From Eledone cirrhosa (Eukaryota), in contig OZ024742.1 of NCBI GenBank assembly GCA_964016885.1, positions 337,838,001 to 337,902,000 of the forward strand: DNA of 64,000 nucleotides. The letters are read 5' to 3'. Positions 57,453 through 64,000 of the stretch are shown here, piece after piece; position 1 is the stretch's first letter; every line of letters begins with the position of its first letter. Under the pieces are notes generated by a model that was given only the letters and a program-made list of their open reading frames with translations, searched no databases and was not told the DNA's origin. A program made the position numbers and the translations under genes.

Positions 57453-57556
57453 TGAATTATGGTAAATGGTTTGAATATATGCTTCAGTGGGAGAAAGATA
57501 TTAAAAACCACCCTGAACTACCCATACTAATAGTTAAATATGAAGATCTTAAAAAG
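57453..57556 (+). CDS. Sulfotransferase coding exon 3 (gene continues beyond the window)
   Basis: Acceptor gtttcag|TG in phase; LNYGKWFEYMLQWEK...ILIVKYEDLKK; donor AAG|gtgaca, phase 0. Confidence 0.9.
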
Positions 57557-58166
57557 GTGACAATATCTTGTTTTTTTTGAAAAGTGAAATTTTATTATTA
57601 ATCTCTTCAATTCTTTTGATACTGAACCAGCTGAAACTGCCTTTGATTCTACAATACTAAACTATATTTTAATCCTTTAATTACTAACCCAGCCAACACT
57701 GACTCTGGTTCTACGACATAAAACCACCCAATTTTTAAAGTTTCAAGTTTAAATTAAAATCTTCCAATATAATTTTATATAAAAACATTACATTAAGTTA
57801 CTATCTTAGTAATGAAATAATTAATTTTAGTAAATCCCTCAAAATTCTTCATTAATTTATTAAAATAGGGTGTGTTTCATGAGAAATGCAGTCATGAAAT
57901 GTTTGAATTTAGTTTAAAATTTTCTATCATAATTTTATCTAAGTACCTGCTAAGTTATACTTAAAACTCCAGATAATTAATAAGAAATTTAGTTGTATGA
58001 CTAAATCCTTCCAAATTCTTGACTATTTGAAAATCGTAAGCAGCATCTTTCATTACAAATATTCTAATGAATGAGTTAAATTTTTATAAGACATTATAAA
58101 ATTGCTTAAGTTTAAGACTATACTAAGATATTTATTTTGTTGATATTTCATAGTGTGGGTATGTAT

Positions 58167-61100
58167 ACTCTTTTATTGGTTTCATTCATTAGACTGCGGC
58201 CATGCTGGAGCAGCACACTCTTTTACTGGTTTCAGTCATTAGACTGCGGCCATGCTGGGGCAGCACACTCTTTTACTGGTTTCATTCATTAGACTGCGGC
58301 CATGCTGGGGCAGCACACTCTTTTATTGGTTTCAGTCATTAGGCTGCGGCCAGGCTGGGGCAGCACACTCTTTTACTGGTTTCAGCCATTAGACTGCGGC
58401 CATGCTGGGGCAGCACACTCTTTTACTGGTTTCATTCATTAGACTGCGGCCATGCTGGGGCAGCACACTCTTTTATTGGTTTCAGTCATTAGACTGTGGC
58501 CATGCTGGGGCAGCACACTCTTTTACTGGTTTCATTCATTAGACTGTGGCCATGCTGGGGCAGCACACTCTTTTACTGGTTTCAGCCATTACACTGCGGC
58601 CATGCTGGGGCAGCACACTCTTTTACTGGTTTCATTCTTTAGACTGTGGCCATGCTGGGGCAGCACACTCTTTTACTGGTTTCATTCTTTAGACTGTGGC
58701 CATGCTGGGGCAGCACACTCTTTTACTGGTTTCATTCATTAGACTGTGGCCATGCTGGGGCAGCACACTCTTTTACTGGTTTCATTCATTAGACTGCGGC
58801 CATGCTGGGGCAGCACACTCTTTTACTGGTTTCATTCATTAGACTGCGGCCATGCTGGGGCAGCACACTCTTTTACTGGTTTCATTCATTAGACTGCGGC
58901 CATGCTGGGGCAGCACACTCTTTTACTGGTTTCATTCATTAGAGTGTGGCCATGCTGGGGCAGCACACTCTTTTACTGGTTTCATTCATTAAACTGTGGC
59001 CATGCTGGGGCAGCACACTCTTTTACTGGTTTCATTCATTAGACTGCGGCCATGCTGGGGCAGCACACTCTTTTACTGGTTTCATTCATTAGACTGCGGC
59101 CATGCTGGGGCAGCACACTCTTTTACTGGTTTCATTCTTTAGACTGTGGCCATGCTGGGGCAGCACACTCTTTTACTGGTTTCATTCATTAGACTGCGGC
59201 CATGCTGGGGCAGCACACTCTTTTACTGGTTTCATTCATTAGACTGCGGCCATGCTGGGGCAGCACACTCTTTTACTGGTTTCATTCATTAGACTGTGGC
59301 CATGCTGGGGCAGCACACTCTTTTACTGGTTTCATTCATTAGACTGCGGCCATGCTGGGGCAGCACACTCTTTTACTGGTTTCATTCATTAGACTGCGGC
59401 CATGCTGGGGCAGCACACTCTTTTACTGGTTTCATTCATTAGAGTGTAGCCATGCTGGGGCAGCACACTCTTTTACTGGTTTCATTCATTAGACTGTGGC
59501 CATGCTGGGGCCGCACACTCTTTTACTGGTTTCAGTCATTAGACTGTGGCCATGCTGGGGCAGCACACTCTTTTACTGGTTTCATTCATTAGACTGCGGC
59601 CATGCTGGGGCAGCACACTCTTTTACTGGTTTCATTCATTAGACTGCGGCCATGCTGGGGCAGCACACTCTTTTACTGGTTTCATTCATTAGACTGTGGC
59701 CATGCTGGGGCAGCACACTCTTTTACTGGTTTCATTCATTAGACTGCGGCCATGCTGGGGCAGCACACTCTTTTACTGGTTTCATTCATTAGACTGCGGC
59801 CATGCTGGGGCAGCACACTCTTTTACTGGTTTCATTCATTAGAGTGTAGCCATGCTGGGGCAGCACACTCTTTTACTGGTTTCATTCATTAGACTGCAGC
59901 CATGCTGGGGCAGCACACTCTTTTACTGGTTTCAGCCATTAGACTGAGGCCATGCTGGGGCAGCACACTCTTTTACTGGTTTCATTCATTAGACTGCGGC
60001 CATGCTGGGGCAGCACACTCTTTTACTGGTTTCAGCCATTAGACTGCGGCCATGCTGGGGCAGCACACTCTTTTACTGGTTTCATTCATTAGAGTGTAGC
60101 CATTCTGGGGCAGCACACTCTTTTACTGGTTTCAGCCATTAGACTGAGGCCATGCTGGGGCAGCACACTCTTTTACTGGTTTCATTCATTAGACTGTGGC
60201 CATGCTGGGGCAGCACACTCTTTTACTGGTTTCATTCATTAGACTGCGGCCATGCTGGGGCAGCACACTCTTTTACTGGTTTCATTCATTAGACTGCGGC
60301 CATGCTGGGGCAGCACACTCTTTTACTGGTTTCATTCATTAGAGTGTAGCCATGCTGGGGCAGCACACTCTTTTACTGGTTTCAGCCATTAGACTGAGGC
60401 CATGCTGGGGCAGCACACTCTTTTACTGGTTTCATTCATTAGACTGTGGCCATGCTGGGGCAGCACACTCTTTTACTGGTTTCATTCATTAGACTGTGGC
60501 CATGCTGGGGCAGCACACTCTTTTACTGGTTTCAGCCATTAGACTGCGGCCATGCTGGGGCAGCACACTCTTTTACTGGTTTCAGCCATTAGACTGCGGC
60601 CATGCTGGGGCAGCACACTCTTTTACTGGTTTCATTCATTAGACTGTGGCCATGCTGGGGCAGCACACTCTTTTACTGGTTTCATTCATTAGACTGCGGC
60701 CATGCTGGGGCAGCACACTCTTTTACTGGTTTCATTCATTAGACTGCGGCCATGCTGGGGCAGCACACTCTTTTACTGGTTTCATTCATTAGAGTGTAGC
60801 CATGCTGGGGCAGCACACTCTTTTACTGGTTTCAGCCATTAGACTGCGGCCATGCTGGGGCAGCACACTCTTTTACTGGTTTCATTCATTAGACTGCGGC
60901 CATGCTGGGGCAGCACACTCTTTTACTGGTTTCATTCATTAGAGTGTAGCCATGCTGGGGCAGCACACTCTTTTACTGGTTTCAGCCATTAGACTGCGGC
61001 CATGCTGGGGCAGCACACTCTTTTACTGGTTTCATTCATTAGACTGCGGCCATGCTGGGGCAGCACACTCTTTTACTGGTTTCATTCATTAGACTGCGGC

Positions 61101-64000
61101 CATGCTGGGGCAGCACACTCTTTTACTGGTTTCATTCATTAGAGTGTAGCCATGCTGGGGCAGCACACTCTTTTACTGGTTTCAGCCATTAGACTGCGGC
61201 CATGCTGGGGCAGCACACTCTTTTACTGGTTTCAGCCATTAGACTGCGGCCATGCTGGGGCAGCACACTCTTTTACTGGTTTCAGCCATTAGACTGCGGC
61301 CATGCTGGGGCAGCACACTCTTTTACTGGTTTCAGCCATTAGACTGCGGCCATGCTGGGGCAGCACACTCTTTTACTGGTTTCAGCCATTAGACTGCGGC
61401 CATGCTGGGGCGGCACACTCTTTTACTGGTTTCATTCATTAGACTGCGGCCATGCTGGGGCAGCACACTCTTTTACTGGTTTCATTCTTTTGACTGTGGC
61501 CATGCTGGGGCAGCACACTCTTTTACTGGTTTCATTCATTAGACTGCGGCCATGCTGGGGCAGCACACTCTTTTACTGGTTTCAGCCATTAGACTGTGGC
61601 CATGCTGGGGCAGCACACTCTTTTATTGGTTTCATTCATTAGACTGAGGCCATGCTGGGGCAGCACACTCTTTTACTGGTTTCATTCATTAGACTGCGGC
61701 CATGCTGGGGCAGCACACTCTTTTACTGGTTTCATTCATTAGACTGTGGCCATGCTGGGGCAGCACACTCTTTTATTGGTTTCATTCATTAGACTGAGGC
61801 CATGCTGGGGCAGCACACTCTTTTATTGGTTTCAGTCACGAGACTGATGCCATGCTGGGGCAGCACACTCTTTTATTGGTTTCAGCCATTAGACTGTGGC
61901 CATGCTGGGGCAGCACACTCTTTTATTGGTTTCATTCATTAGACTGCGGCCATGCTGGGGCAGCACACTCTTTTACTGGTTTCATTCATTAGACTGAGGC
62001 CATGCTGGGGCAGCACACTCTTTTACTGGTTTCATTCATTAGACTGCGGCCATGCTGGGGCAGCACACTCTTTTAGTGGTTTCATTCATTAGACTGTGGC
62101 CATGCTGGGGCAGCACACTCTTTTACTGGTTTCATTCATTAGACTGCGGCCATGCTGGGGCAGCACACTCTTTTATTGGTTTCAGCCATTAGACTGTGGC
62201 CATGCTGGGGCAGCACACTCTTTTATTGGTTTCATTCATTAGACTGAGGCCATGCTGGGGCAGCACACTCTTTTATTGGTTTCAGTCACGAGACTGATGC
62301 CATGCTGGGGCAGCACACTCTTTTATTGGTTTCAGCCATTAGACTGTGGCCATGCTGGGGCAGCACACTCTTTTATTGGTTTCATTCATTAGACTGCGGC
62401 CATGCTGGGGCAGCACACTCTTTTACTGGTTTCATTCATTAGACTGAGGCCATGCTGGGGCAGCACACTCTTTTACTGGTTTCAGCCATTAGACTGCGGC
62501 CATGCTGGGGCAGCACACTCTTTTATTGGTTTCATTCATTAGACTGCGGCCATGCTGGGGCAGCACACTCTTTTACTGGTTTCATTCATTAGACTGCGGC
62601 CATGCTGGGGCAGCACACTCTTTTACTGGTTTCAGCCATTAGACTGCGGCCATGCTGGGGCAGCACACTCTTTTACTGGTTTCAGCCATTAGACTGAGGC
62701 CATGCTGGGGCAGCACACTCTTTTACTGGTTTCATTCATTAGACTGTAGCCATGCTGGGGCAGCACACTCTTTTATTGGTTTCATTCATTAGACTGTGGC
62801 CATGCTGGGGCAGCACACTCTTTTAGTGGTTTCATTCATTAGACTGCGGCCATGCTGGGGCAGCACACTCTTTTACTGGTTTCAGCCATTAGACTGAGGC
62901 CATGCTGGGGCAGCACACTCTTTTACTGGTTTCATTCATTAGACTGCGGCCATGCTGGGGCAGCACACTCTTTTACTGGTTTCATTCATTAGACTGCGGC
63001 CATGCTGGGGCAGCACACTCTTTTACTGGTTTCATTCATTAGACTGAGGCCATGCTGGGGCAGCACACTCTTTTACTGGTTTCATTCATTAGACTGCGGC
63101 CATGCTGGGGCAGCACACTCTTTTAGTGGTTTCATTCATTAGACTGTGGCCATGCTGGGGCAGCACACTCTTTTACTGGTTTCATTCATTAGACTGCGGC
63201 CATGCTGGGGCAGCACACTCTTTTATTGGTTTCAGCCATTAGACTGTGGCCATGCTGGGGCAGCACACTCTTTTATTGGTTTCATTCATTAGACTGAGGC
63301 CATGCTGGGGCAGCACACTCTTTTATTGGTTTCAGTCACGAGACTGATGCCATGCTGGGGCAGCACACTCTTTTATTGGTTTCAGCCATTAGACTGTGGC
63401 CATGCTGGGGCAGCACACTCTTTTATTGGTTTCATTCATTAGACTGCGGCCATGCTGGGGCAGCACACTCTTTTACTGGTTTCATTCATTAGACTGAGGC
63501 CATGCTGGGGCAGCACACTCTTTTATTGGTTTCAGCCATTAGACTGTGGCCATGCTGGGGCAGCACACTCTTTTATTGGTTTCATTCATTAGACTGAGGC
63601 CATGCTGGGGCAGCACACTCTTTTACTGGTTTCATTCATTAGACTGTAGCCATGCTGGGGCAGCACACTCTTTTACTGGTTTCATTCATTAGACTGTGGC
63701 CATGCTGGGGCAGCACACTCTTTTAGTGGTTTCATTCATTAGACTGCGGCCATGCTGGGGCAGCACACTCTTTTACTGGTTTCAGCCATTAGACTGTGGC
63801 CATGCTGGGGCAGCACACTCTTTTATTGGTTTCAGCCATTAGACTGTGGCCATGCTGGGGCAGCACACTCTTTTATTGGTTTCATTCATTAGACTGAGGC
63901 CATGCTGGGGCAGCACACTCTTTTACTGGTTTCATTCATTAGACTGTAGCCATGCTGGGGCAGCACACTCTTTTACTGGTTTCATTCATTAGACTGTGGC
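58167..64000. repeat. 50-bp tandem satellite, ~117 copies, running off the window
   Basis: Unit actcttttactggtttcattcattagactgcggccatgctggggcagcac; the register is kept exactly to the window end. Confidence 0.98.

Noticed and set aside
58167-64000. CRISPR-like regular array
   Set aside because: The units are contiguous with no unique spacers, there are no cas genes, and the context is a eukaryotic intron.

Overview
Repeat-dominated animal genomic DNA. The repeat families suggest an octopus or other coleoid cephalopod; this is an inference from recalled repeat sequences, not a database result. About 5-32 kb is a giant (TA)n/(CA) microsatellite field, and its long Y/I/M/C/V/H/T ORFs are artefacts. 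The window contains RTE-clade LINE copies with a PHD-like C4HC3 zinc finger inside the RT, a nearly intact 5'-truncated Penelope-like element (RT + GIY-YIG), a mariner fragment, tRNA-derived SINEs, an A|TC...CTAG|T Helitron, a CRE-clade RLE retrotransposon fragment, a hAT MITE with an 8-bp TSD, and two Gypsy LTR remnants. The only host gene I can support is a cytosolic sulfotransferase on the + strand: three coding exons at 54484-57556, continuing past the window, with a ~117 x 50-bp satellite in the next intron. The most notable hidden structure is a ~198-bp tandem repeat at ~6.0-6.45 kb in which each unit carries a minimal type I hammerhead ribozyme (retrozyme-like), about 1.2 kb from the Penelope element. 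Further hammerhead-like motifs lie in the Penelope 3' region and at ~31.06 kb.
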